Positions 34,534-49,235 of a stretch of 64,000 bases of DNA are shown here, one piece after another. A program made the translations under genes and the position numbers. The notes below the pieces were generated by a model that made no database searches, was not told the origin of the DNA, and saw nothing but the letters and a program-made list of their open reading frames with translations. Each line of letters starts with the position of its first letter. Positions within the stretch are counted from its first letter, which is position 1. The DNA comes from Tubulanus polymorphus (taxonomy: Eukaryota > Animalia > Nemertea), in assembly GCF_964204645.1 (NCBI RefSeq), contig NC_134028.1:4464001-4528000 (forward strand), in the 5' to 3' direction.

Positions 34534-35690
34534 CACAGGGGCTCGTTACGATAGCTGGGGGTCCAAAATCAAAGATTTGACCCAGTATCCTAGGTACCAC
34601 CTATAAAAAAAGAAAAGGGAGCTAACATTTTGACATACTAGAATTGACCTTCTCATTTCAATCGCTCATAACTTCGTAACCCATCAACCGATTCGCTCGA
34701 AATTGGTTTCGTTTCATTCCTAAGAGGTTACTTTTTCGTTTGAGACCTTCCGCGACAAAATCGGATAAGAGACACCCGAGAAATCACGACTCAAATCCGA
34801 AAAAACTAGTCAAAATAGCCAAAGCCGGAATTACTAGGACGTCTCGGAGTAGTCGATTCCCGACGAAAAACGATGAGTTGACGCGGTTCCCGGACGTTAA
34901 TCTTCACATATCATACATCGCTGGAAAGCTTATGAACTGACCTTATTGAAAAATGCGTTTATTTGATAATCCGTTCCGAAACCGGCGACAAGCGAGGTGA
35001 TAATACGCACCGAACCGATAAATACGCACTTTAAGCGTCACTGAACCGCCATTGAGGGTGTGACGTCACGGGCTCTGAGGACTGATAAATTCGCGATACG
35101 TGATTGGTCGACTGAATATGTCAATTATCTAGCGTTGCATGCTGGGATTTCTCATGACGTCACGCAGTTAATGGCGGCCGGAATACACTTGGAAATCGTA
35201 TTTATCGCATCAATCTGGATTATCAGCTCGCCAGTCGCGGGTATCGGAACGGATTATCAAATAAACGCGTCTGTCAATAAGGTCAGTTCATAAGCTTTCC
35301 AGCGATGTATGATATGTGAAGATTAACGTCCGGGAACCGCGTCAAATCATCGTTTTTCGTCGTGAATTGAGCACTTCAAGCCGTCCTAGTAATTCCGGCT
35401 TTGGATATTTTGACCCGTTTTTTCGGATTTGAGTCGTGATTTCTCGGGCGTCTCCGGTCCGATTTCATCGGGGAAGGTCTCAAACGAAAAAGTCACCTCT
35501 TGGGAATGAAACGAATCTAATTTCGTGTAAATCGGTCGATCGGTTACGAAGTTATGAGGGGTTGAAATGAGAAGGTCAATTCTTGTATGTCAAAATGTTA
35601 GCTCCCTTTTCTTTTTTTTATAGGTGGTACCTAGGATACTGGGTCAAATCTTAGATTTTGGACCCCCAGCTATCGTAACGAGCCCCTGTG
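34534..35690. mobile_element. 1157-bp foldback-type non-autonomous DNA transposon
   Basis: ~415-bp inverted arms (34534-34949 / 35274-35690), termini CACAGGGG...CCCCTGTG, exact 8-bp TSD ATTTTGAC on both sides; no transposase ORF. Confidence 0.93.
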
Positions 35691-35746
35691 ATTTTGACTG
35701 ATATTTTGATAGCAGAAACCCCTTCACGGCTTCAGGTTCTTATCAA

Positions 35747-36883
35747 ATGATGACGGCAAGGTGCGTTAAAAATCACAAAATGTCTAGCAGCTTATTGATG
35801 AACTGTCGGTGCAAACATTCATAGAAAAAGAACTTGAAAAATGAATCAAACGGACCTCGTTTGACGACTACTAATAATTAGTAAATAAAAATCGACTAAA
35901 TGAATAATGAATAGGGCCTAAGTACTTTCTCTTTTTCCATCTAATTCTTGCCGTCTTTTTTTTTACAGTGGAACGAATAGGAAGCGAGGTCGAGCTGTAG
36001 ATGATGAAATAGATGAATGTATCCCAATTTCTAAACGAATCAATCGACTTCAAATTGGGTAAATCTGAATATGAGTGAATTCTTATGACTGCTGACTTTT
36101 TGGTCTGCCAGTCAGTAGTGGGTGGCTTAGAGATGATGAATTCAATAAATGCAATTTTTCAGGGCTGTTGATCAAAATATGGACGTCTCAAACCACAGTC
36201 AATATTCACAATCATCAATGACTGCGCAATCCTCAGATGTAAGTCACCTCTCCCCCTCAGTCAGTCAGTCAGTCAGTCCCATATTCCTCCCTCTCTCTCC
36301 TTGTCCCCTCTTTCCTCCCTTGGTTCCCTCTCTCCCCCTCAGTCTCTCTCCTCCCTCAGCACTTCCTCCCTCTTTCCCACTCCCTCTCTTCCCTCAGTCC
36401 CCCTCATCCCTCTCTCCCAATCAGTCCCCTCTCCTTGCTCTCCCCTCTGTACCCCTGTCTCCCCCTCTGCGCCCCTCTCCCCCTCTTGTGCCCCTCCCTC
36501 CCCCTCTGAATTTTCATTGATGAAATTGTTCTCTTGTTTTTTAGGTAAATTTACAACAACAACAACAACAATACCCGAATTATGCTAAACCGGAAAACTA
36601 TTTATCACCGTGGCAACAAATGACGAACAATAATTATTTACCATCGCCATCGGCAACAGAGAATAAAAACTATAATGTTAAAACATCGGACGAAATTTAT
36701 AGTGATTTTAGAGATGTGCCACCAGGGGGCGAGTTGGTGAACGACGAGGAGGAAGGGATGGTTTATGAACCTGAATTAGGAGTTGAAGATAATCCTCACT
36801 ATTATGATATCAATAACGTTCTGTTTCACGCTCACATTCACAGAACGCAACGACTGAAAATACAATCAAAACATTCATCGTAA
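35747..36883 (+). CDS. FAM104/VCF-like (VCP nuclear cofactor-like) small protein, 4 coding exons
   Basis: Exons ~35747-35760, 35969-36058, 36163-36238 and 36545-36883 splice in frame: MMTASGTNRKRGR...CIPISKRINRLQI...YEPELGVEDNPHYYDINNVLFHAHIHRTQR. The basic NLS-like N-terminus and C-terminal helix resemble FAM104 (YxxINxxLxxAH); assignment from memory of the motif. Confidence 0.7.
36245..36508. repeat. C/T-rich low-complexity intron tract
   Basis: Almost pure pyrimidine sequence with many CCC/CCCC runs. Confidence 0.9.
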
Positions 36884-37473
36884 AATCACCGAAATCAGTG
36901 AAAACAGCGAAAATAATCGCCTCTGGAGATATTTGCATCAACAGTATTTAACTTTTATTTTGCGGTTGAGAATCATTTGCCCCTAGAGGGGGTGTTTTCA
37001 TTGAGTATATGTGTGCACACTCTGGGGATCAATTCGGGATCCTGTGTAACAGTTTTTGGCTCATTTAGACTTCACATGACTGTACTCGATGAAGACTCCT
37101 CCACCTGTGGCTCCCTCTTTTTGAAAGTGTTGTTATTTGGTGTGTTTGCATTGAGAGTATGCGGTGCATGTAACCATACAAGTGTAAACTTCAGTTTACA
37201 CTTCTATGATGTAACCAGCGAGATTGCAGCAGCACCCTCCCCTCTCATTGTTGAATGTGGTGATGGTGTCTATTATTGTGTGATATTACCTGTTGCCTGT
37301 CTGCGGCTCAGTTCCACATCTGTATCAGTAATTCTATAATTAGACCACGGTGGTGGAACTGGACTCATTATCATCTCCCAAATAGATTTAAGATCAACTG
37401 AATTGATAAAAGAAAATCTACTAACGAATCTGTTTTTTCCGTGAAACTCACCAACAGGCTGTGCGACTTGAGG

Positions 37474-38023
37474 TACTAATGTCTATTTATTAATTGATGA
37501 GACCTGTTTTTCTTGGATATTTTGCTCACTTTTTGGGGTACATACCTCATTTATGTCTTAACAGAATGCCAAAAATCGCGGACAACAACTGAATATCCGA
37601 TATATTTCCAGTTCTGTACCAATTAGATGGATTGGCAAAAAGACTCCTTAAGTCCAGTTGAATGAGAGAGAAAATCCTCCATTTTGTCAAATTTCTTGGA
37701 TTTGAACATTGTTACCATGCCTACGCCACCCTGATTTAGTTGTTGAGACCCCACAAGAAAAATAACTTCATTTCGTAGGCATGGTGACAATGTAAAAATT
37801 CAAGAAATTTGACAAAATGGAGGATTTTCTCTCATTCAATTGGACTTAAGGAGTCTTTTTGCCAATCCATCTAATTGGTACAGATCTGGAAATATATCGG
37901 ATATTCAGTTGTTGTCCGCGATTTTTGGCATTCTGTTAAGACATAAATGAGGTATGTACCCCAAAAAGTAAGCAAAATATCCAAGAAAAACAGGTCTCAT
38001 CAATTAATAAATAGACATTAGTA
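37474..38023. mobile_element. 550-bp near-perfect palindromic element (MITE/foldback)
   Basis: ~250-bp arms (37474-37725 / 37774-38023) with few mismatches and a 48-bp spacer; ends TACTAATG...CATTAGTA; flanks TTGAGG / ATGAGG. Confidence 0.9.
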
Positions 38024-39129
38024 ATGAGGATGAGGTCTACTGTATAGAAGCAACAGCATGTTAGTTTTTTTAGTGTTTTACAAGTCAGTTGTATCAATCT
38101 GTAGCACTGTGTGTTGAATGTAGTAATTTAGAATCGTTTGTTATTTTGTTAAAGCGTTCATCAATTCACTAATTTATTATTGATATATTACGCTAATATT
38201 TAATCAATAACGATATCATGCAGATGCATTTAAGTCGAATGCATTAAAACTATTTGTAATATATAAATAAAATCATTATTATTTCACCGAAGAATTCGTC
38301 CTATTTTTTCACTATCTTCCGGCAGTTAATATTCAAAGGAAGTGTCCCGGGTGCGATCCCAGGCTTTAGATGGTGATGCCTTATTAAGTATGCTGATTTT
38401 GATATGATCGCCACACTGAATTTCCCTGTGATGACTGGTGCAAGGAATTGAAATAAGTTATTTCCGGGAAATATTAATAGATAGTTCTCTATGATGTAGA
38501 GTAGGTAATTTAAGTAATATAGAATAGATAATGACTTGATAGGCCTACTAATTCAGGATAGCCTCTGGTGCTGGAGGATAAACAGGTAACTCCCAGGCTC
38601 GATATCGGTATATATTGAGACTGATTGAAGTGATTTCGATGCCAAGATGCTTAGCTAGGTCAACATCGGTCACGAATATCTTCGATCAATCTATATGCAC
38701 TCTCGCAGAAATAAACACGGACATCATACGTAACAAATAAGGAACATATTGACTTTAGTCTTTGTCTTTATTTGTTAATTTTGACAGTTACACAAGTTTC
38801 CAATCAGTTTCTCCGTAGACAATAGAGAATGTGTCTATTTGATATTTTCTGAGTGTTTGGAATTCCATTAATGGCCAGCAACGCGAAGAAAAATGGCTTT
38901 GATCATTTCAATTTCACCAGAGCCATTGTCTCATGGTTCGTGCGAGACGTTTTCAATTATGTGTCTCGAGAGTGTAATTCCTCATCAGGAGTTTACCTCA
39001 GAGAATCTTTAGCCTGGAATTACTATAGAGATCATGAAAACAAACTGATTTGAGGCGCGATAAACACACTCGCTCGCTTGAACAGTTTGTGGCGCTGGGC
39101 TTTAAATCTACGGAAAGAAAACAAAAACA

Positions 39130-42100
39130 ATGGTTTATCCGCTGAAATATCGAGGAGTTTGTCGCACATGCGGAGGATGTGGTAAAAACAATAGAAGATC
39201 GTTGACTCAGGGCACAGAACGCGATGGTACATGTTACCTATGCAATGGAACGGCCACCGCTGAGATCTTATTGAAGTCAATTCTAAATGTGAAACCTAAA
39301 CGACCGTCTGATTTCGCCTACACACTCCTGAAGAAAATGAGTAACTTACTACAGAACTCGATTCCGTACGTGGTCGAAAACAACAAGAAAAACTTCTGGA
39401 ACGAACGACAAGATTCGTTCAGTTTAGCCGGTCATGGCGTGCGGGATGACGGCCGCAGAAAGGCGTCAGTCGTGGCAGAGAAGGAGTATTACAAAACTAT
39501 TGTTACAACGCGCAGGAGAATCAGTCACTGTCCGCCTGCCGTTGCATTGGAGGGAGATAAAGTCGTAAAAGTACACGGTACTTCTAGAGCTGATGTGACC
39601 GCTTCGTTTTATCAGGGCCCGGAAACCGTGTACGATATCACCAGGACATCGCCGGATATAATACATATACCTTCACCAGATCTTCACCAGAGGTTCGCGG
39701 GTTCTTCTCCAGACAGATCACCAGCGGCGCAGTCGTCCAAAAAAGGCGGTACAAAACTGACGAAAGCCGCCTTAAAACCGAAACATCTCGGATTCGGGGG
39801 CAAAACCGTAAATAATGATGGTGAAATCTCCTTAGTTAAAAGTCGACGGAAGAGCAGCTCATCGAGTAACGTAGCCATTTTACAACAACTCCGTAATCAA
39901 TTACGAAACCATGGGCGGAAAGGTTCCCTTTTGTTTTACGAGGACGGTGTCAGCTCGATCGTGAAAGAGGCGCCGGGCGAGTTCAGATTACCGAGTATAG
40001 GAAACACTCAGAAACGACTGTCGAACGGAGTTAAAGTCCAGAAGGGAACTGATAGTGAAACCACGGCACTGGAGTCGGACCCTATCGTAGGAATCACGTT
40101 ACCTCCGATCAATGATGAATCACAAACCGATCCCGATACTGACCGATCTCAGAGGAATGTCAAGTTTGCCGATGGTATGTTCGTCAGTGGTCGACCTACC
40201 CTGGAGTTTACCACTAGAAAATCATTACAGAATAGTTTCGAAACTCGAAAATCCTACCACAAACAAATAAAAAAGAGTATGGTACGTTCTAAAGCGAAAG
40301 TAGCCCTGCACAGATGGAGGGACAGGCGAACTTTGGGCCAGGATACATTTTACAGTTCAGGATCTGATTACTATTCGTCAGATGATGATAACAATAAATC
40401 GACGCTGAGTTTGAAGAAACAGAAGATGCGCCGGTTTGCATCGACTGACGTGCTGCTCGGTGAAAGCGACCAGTTCGATAAATCGAGTTCATCCGAATTC
40501 GAAACGACGATCAGAGACGATCAGTTCGTCGAACGTAGAACGAAAAATCGTACGCGAAAGAAACGACTGAAGCAACTCGAGCGCTACCTATCGACGATTT
40601 CCGACCCCGACTGTTCGGACACAGAGGAGCAGCTAGCTTTCGCCAGTTTATCACGCCAAGAATTAGAATCGATCAAATCGCGTGTAAAAATGAAACGAGA
40701 GCGTCGTCGTGAGGTCGCTAGGGCGCGCTTCAGACAGACGGTACTCGTCATCGTGGCCGTTAATTCGTTTTTGAAATCTATTAAACGCGACGATAATTCA
40801 ACACGCGAAGAGAACGATAAACAGCCGTCCGAGAAAACTCGTCAGAGAATGACGAAAAAACAAAAGCGGAAAAAAGTTCGATGGAACCCAAAACTGCGGG
40901 AGTTCTCAAACAGTCAGTTGTCTTATTCTGAATATCAGCGAAAAACAGTCAAACCTGTTGACATTAAAGAGCGGTTTATATCAGAATTCGGATGGATGTT
41001 GGAAAGTCTAAACATCGACCTGACTTCAATCATTGACAAACAGCAAAAGCAACAGCAACAGCAACATCAAGAACAGATACTGGAGGATGACGACACCGAG
41101 CCTCCAGAGCAACAACCTGATACAGCCAGTATAGGTGCTGCTGCTTCTACCGCTGGTGGTGCTGGATCTTTACTGATAAAGGCTAATCCTTCAATTGGTC
41201 GTTCTAAAACTAAATTCACCCTCCCTGGTGAAAAATACGAGTTCAATCAAGTAGGTAAACCAGTGTCGCCATCGTATAATGAACCTGATGCTGAAACTAT
41301 TGATAATAGGAATGGCATTCTGATTGACAATGGTTCGAGTCAGAGCGATATCATCACTGATGAAGTGAAAGGTGAAAATCTAACAGTGTCGAGTGTTGTA
41401 GAGATCGCAGCAAAGATGGATCACGAAAACAATGATAAACAAATCCGAAAAATTGAGGATATAACATTCCCGAGCGTGAGTTCACAGAGGGAGCGACGCA
41501 ATAGTGTCCCGTCCGAGGACAAACCGGAATATTTAGTTTATTACGAAAAAGTCGAAGTCAAAAGATCGAAAGTGAAGAAGAAACGATCTGTAAAGAAGTC
41601 GAAAAGAAAAGTAGATTCTGGAAGCAGCGGCAGTCCGTGTAGTGGTTCTAGGAGTACCCTCAATGGTAGTGGGAAGTCTAGTATCTCATCATCAGTGACG
41701 TCTTTATTGGAGACACCGGGAAGGGAGTCCCCATCATTACAGAGACAATCGGTCACAGACAGCGGGAGCAAAATAACATTGAAAGAGTTTAGAATCCATA
41801 CGGGTAATCTGCGCCGGACTGGCAGCACTGGTAACATCAACAACCAGGACGAAGAGATAGATTTACGTGATTTAACGAATAATCTAGAATTCGCCGCTAA
41901 AGATGTGAAAATACAAATCGTCGAACGAAAACGGCGCAGACAGAGAAAAAAACAGCAACAACGACTGAAAGAAATTCTGGAATACGAGCGAAATCTGAAA
42001 GAACGAGAGGCCCGGATGCAGGAGGAATTACTGGCGGCCATGCAGGAATCCGTGGACGAACAAACACCAAACGACGCCTGGAAAATACATCTACGTCCGA

Positions 42101-42321
42101 GGGACTGTCCCCACATTCCGAGCGGTGTCGCCTGGAATCAGAGGACGGTCCCTACTCCTCCGGAAGTCACCGATGATGACGTATACTCAGATTTACAGTA
42201 CGTTTCGCGGTTGTTTTTAGAGATGATGGAATGTAAATATATCCGATGGAGTAAACGTCATATAAATGTAATAAATAAACTCAGGCAAATTGAAGATTCT
42301 GGTGTTTTACAATTTGTTTAA
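39130..42321 (+). CDS. Uncharacterised 1063-aa basic, largely low-complexity protein, single ORF
   Basis: 3.2-kb stop-free ORF in AT-rich DNA with elevated GC; N-terminal Cys cluster, coiled-coil-like segments, downstream AATAAA (~42659). No family recognised. Confidence 0.8.
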   Translation: MVYPLKYRGVCRTCGGCGKNNRRSLTQGTERDGTCYLCNGTATAEILLKSILNVKPKRPSDFAYTLLKKMSNLLQNSIPYVVENNKKNFWNERQDSFSLAGHGVRDDGRRKASVVAEKEYYKTIVTTRRRISHCPPAVALEGDKVVKVHGTSRADVTASFYQGPETVYDITRTSPDIIHIPSPDLHQRFAGSSPDRSPAAQSSKKGGTKLTKAALKPKHLGFGGKTVNNDGEISLVKSRRKSSSSSNVAILQQLRNQLRNHGRKGSLLFYEDGVSSIVKEAPGEFRLPSIGNTQKRLSNGVKVQKGTDSETTALESDPIVGITLPPINDESQTDPDTDRSQRNVKFADGMFVSGRPTLEFTTRKSLQNSFETRKSYHKQIKKSMVRSKAKVALHRWRDRRTLGQDTFYSSGSDYYSSDDDNNKSTLSLKKQKMRRFASTDVLLGESDQFDKSSSSEFETTIRDDQFVERRTKNRTRKKRLKQLERYLSTISDPDCSDTEEQLAFASLSRQELESIKSRVKMKRERRREVARARFRQTVLVIVAVNSFLKSIKRDDNSTREENDKQPSEKTRQRMTKKQKRKKVRWNPKLREFSNSQLSYSEYQRKTVKPVDIKERFISEFGWMLESLNIDLTSIIDKQQKQQQQQHQEQILEDDDTEPPEQQPDTASIGAAASTAGGAGSLLIKANPSIGRSKTKFTLPGEKYEFNQVGKPVSPSYNEPDAETIDNRNGILIDNGSSQSDIITDEVKGENLTVSSVVEIAAKMDHENNDKQIRKIEDITFPSVSSQRERRNSVPSEDKPEYLVYYEKVEVKRSKVKKKRSVKKSKRKVDSGSSGSPCSGSRSTLNGSGKSSISSSVTSLLETPGRESPSLQRQSVTDSGSKITLKEFRIHTGNLRRTGSTGNINNQDEEIDLRDLTNNLEFAAKDVKIQIVERKRRRQRKKQQQRLKEILEYERNLKEREARMQEELLAAMQESVDEQTPNDAWKIHLRPRDCPHIPSGVAWNQRTVPTPPEVTDDDVYSDLQYVSRLFLEMMECKYIRWSKRHINVINKLRQIEDSGVLQFV

Positions 42322-43252
42322 TATAAATCCTGTTGATTGTAAGTAGCCTAGAAAAAGTTTTACTGATAATTTCAACTGATTTATGACAAAAAATTTATGA
42401 CAAAATTTCACCATTAATTGGGAAGAAATATGAAATAATTCAGAAAGTAGTTCTCTCGTATTAATAGCAATATAACGTACGTATGTTGTATTATAGTAAA
42501 ATTCCTGATAATAGAAATTCCTGAATATTTCCTGGATAGTCTTAATCTGATTTAACCATAGAATTATTGGATATTGTTGATATGTGATCTTGGAAATAAT
42601 TTTAGAAGTTTAATTTATTGATTGTGAAATGTATGAAACTTATTCAAAATCTTGATAGAATAAACTGTAAAATGTATATTCGACTAAAATAGCTTGATTT
42701 TTTTCGTTTCAACTATTTGATTCTCAACAGCAGCAATATTTTCTACGCACGAAATCAATACGGATTTCAATAACGGTACTTATGGCACTTCTTTGAATCA
42801 AACACGTGCTGTTATTTCTCGCAATGTTTATTGTTGTTATGTTGCTGGCGTTTCGAAGTCGCTACTTTATGGCTCAATTATAAGTTTAATGATCGGAATT
42901 GAATCCAATGAAACACCCACGTTTCATCACTAGACGCATAAAATGGTGCATTTCCTTTGACTTGAGGTTGTATGGAAACCGTAGGTAGGAATGTATGAGG
43001 ACGGTTCTTCATTTTGAAAAAAATTGTCAATTCTTCAACCACTAGGACATTTCCAAGCCAAACAAAATTGACCCCAGCATTAATCCTAGGATTCGAAACC
43101 AAGAACTCTTGTATGCTACTCACTACGCCACCGAACTCCCGAAACTCGCTAGTTTCGAAGTTTCTCTGCGGTGCCATTACATTTTTGTGCTGGGGTGACC
43201 AGTCAGATTTGTCAATTTTTTTCTCTTCGTGGTGATTTGTGTTCATTCTCAT

Positions 43253-43352
43253 CTCTCTCCTTCCTCTCTATCTCCTCCCTCGTCTCTCTCCTTCCTCTCT
43301 ATCTCCTCCCTCGTCTCTCTCCTTCCTCTCTATCTCCTCCCTCGTCTCTCTC
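43253..43352. repeat. 31-bp pyrimidine-rich tandem repeat, ~3.2 copies
   Basis: Unit CTCTCTCCTTCCTCTCTATCTCCTCCCTCGT repeated exactly. Confidence 0.92.
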
Positions 43353-43734
43353 AAGATGAGATAAAATAGCAATTACAATAGAATCGATCGATCAAACTAT
43401 TTCAATTTAGATTTTCATTTCGAACACGATTGAAGCGCACTGCGTTTATAGTAAACATAATCCTCTTATCACAAAGAAACATTGACGTAAAGCTGTTGTG
43501 AGAGGTAAGAAGGGCTTTGAACCGTCTTGAATATTCTATCTTCATCCAGTCTATTTCGCAACAGAACCTGGAGGTATTTTTATATCTTAGGAATTTACTG
43601 ACATATTTTCTTCTATCGAGAAATTAAAACGAGCTTCATCGTCTCCGCAAAATATGGATATTGAAGACTTTAAACTAAAGATTATATTTTGATCGTTAGA
43701 CGTTTATTTCCAGATCTTCGTAGGATTTCCGATT

Positions 43735-45121
43735 ATGCATATTTTCCTCACAACAGCGATTATACTGATAACGCTGCCTCCTTATGTCGAAGGTACATAT
43801 GAGTCGATATTAGATTTTCTTAATTCTCAAATTACATCGCGCATAAGATAATATTCTCAACGCGTTTTTTATTTTCAAATGAAGATTCGTTGTGTTTGGA
43901 TATTGATAACGCTACGATGTGTAAGGTTTGGGGGGAGGCTGGTGATTGCGTAGTGAATCCAGAATTAATGGCGTGTCGATGTAGCAAAACATGTCAGACG
44001 AATTCATTAGAAACTTGTAGCCGAGGTAAGATTCTTTATTTCATTTCATTATCTTCCTTTGTCAGATTTATTTCAAGAAATTTGGCTGCAATTTCCTCAC
44101 GATTAATCAAACAACTTATGTGTTCATTGTGGCCAGTTTAGACCTAGAGCTAGTTGCTAAAACGCTGGTTGAAGTTAGACCAGTTAATCGAACAACGCTT
44201 ATGATTTAGGGGTTTCCTCGATTGCACAATGTCTTGATTGTGTGTATTCATTTTATTTCATACGAAAAATAAAAATGAATTCAACCTGAAATACGGTCGA
44301 TCATTTCAGTGTCGGTTGAGAGTTACGATGGTGATTGTTCGTGTGCCGGGCTACTGATGAAAAAAGGACACAGTTTCTGTGAAGATGTCAACATGGCGGA
44401 TTTCTGCAAAGACACTTGCCATAAACTTAAAAGTAAGTATAAAAAGTACTTGTAAAAAACTGTTTTTAAAAAGACAATAAGGAGGCAAATATTGACACGA
44501 AAGGAAACCCTAAACAAGTAAGTGGAGAAAATTGCATTATTGATGAAACCAAGTGAAAACTGAACTGAAGGACTCGCCTACCTGAAAAAATAGATTCTTA
44601 TCTTCATTTGTAGCAATTACAGCTGTTTTAACCTTATTTTCTGTGCTCTTTTTAGCTGTAACCTGTCCTCTTGATGGATTGAAGAGTTTCCCATCCGCAA
44701 AAACGACCTACAAACATAATCGTTACCTATCGAAAGTGTATTACGAATGTCTGTCCAATGGAAGTAGCAAATTCGACTCAGACGCTCATGCTAAACCGGT
44801 AGTTGTATGTGGACCCGATGGGCAATGGGTGAAGGGTTCTAATTGGAGAGACCCATCTTGTTCCCCACTCGGTAATCAGTTCATTTATTTCTAAAATATG
44901 CTATAAAAAAACCTGTGAAATCATGATATCGATGATGAAATTCAGTGAAAGCTGGCACTAACTGAATAGAAAGGTAGGTTGTGTTTCCAGTTTGCCGTGA
45001 CGCCGCCCGGAGGAGTATGAACAGGTTAGGATTTGCCTACCGCTGGACTCATTTCTTCTTCTGTAAATTTCATCTGATGTTTGTAAAATGTCGAATGCAT
45101 TATCTGTTAAGATGTTCCTAG
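43735..45121 (+). CDS. Secreted ShKT + ShK-like + sushi/CCP domain protein; 3' end unresolved
   Basis: Exons 43735-43792 (signal peptide MHIFLTTAIILITLP), 43885-44025 (CLDIDNATMCKVWGEAGDCVVNPELMACRCSKTC, ShKT pattern), 44310-44432 (second Cys module ending FCKDTC), 44656-44871 (VTCP...VYYEC...VVCGPDGQW...PSC, sushi), then an exon from 44991. All phase-1 junctions. Confidence 0.72.
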
Positions 45122-45521
45122 CAATAAACTACCTTAATGTCTTGTCTTATCTCATCTTACGATACTAAACGGTGGATCCTGTGGCGCCGCCGCATCCTCG
45201 TTCCGAGAATCCCGGCCTTTTGGGTTTCTGCTGGGACTCAACAAATAAGGGATGAGACCAAACCAAAGAAATTGCGATCGGAATTAAAGACTCTGAAGTA
45301 GTTAACGACGGGAGATTGAACGAGAGACGGTATAAGGGGCCGGTCGACTCGCTCACCGCTATTTCTTTGCCTCAGGTTACAAGGTGAATAAAGTCTATTT
45401 GAATTGATCCGCGGTAACCAGTCTCAGTATGTAACCTGAGGTCAGATTGCGGGAGTATTTTCATCGTCACGTTATTAATGACAGCCGCAGTTTACTGAAT
45501 TACGAGACGCGATAGAATTAA

Positions 45522-49235
<3,714 letters not shown>

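Noticed and set aside
34740-35293. Short ORFs inside the foldback element as a transposase
   Set aside because: Under 80 aa with no DDE, THAP or BED motifs.
36149-36588. Pro/Ser/Leu-rich ORFs
   Set aside because: Translation of a pyrimidine-rich intron between the GT donor at 36239 and the AG acceptor at 36544.
38340-38370. tRNA/SINE B-box-like GGTGCGATCCC (similar GGTTCGAAT at ~20938 and ~34316)
   Set aside because: No A-box or cloverleaf could be built.
38946-38990. Intact hammerhead ribozyme on the minus strand
   Set aside because: CTGATGA and a stem II are present, but the GAAA/stem III register is off and stem I does not pair; kept only as a possible relic.
41541-42116. 191-aa antisense ORF (also 29791-30279, 50727-51095 and similar)
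   Set aside because: Shadow frames of real coding exons with no independent protein features.
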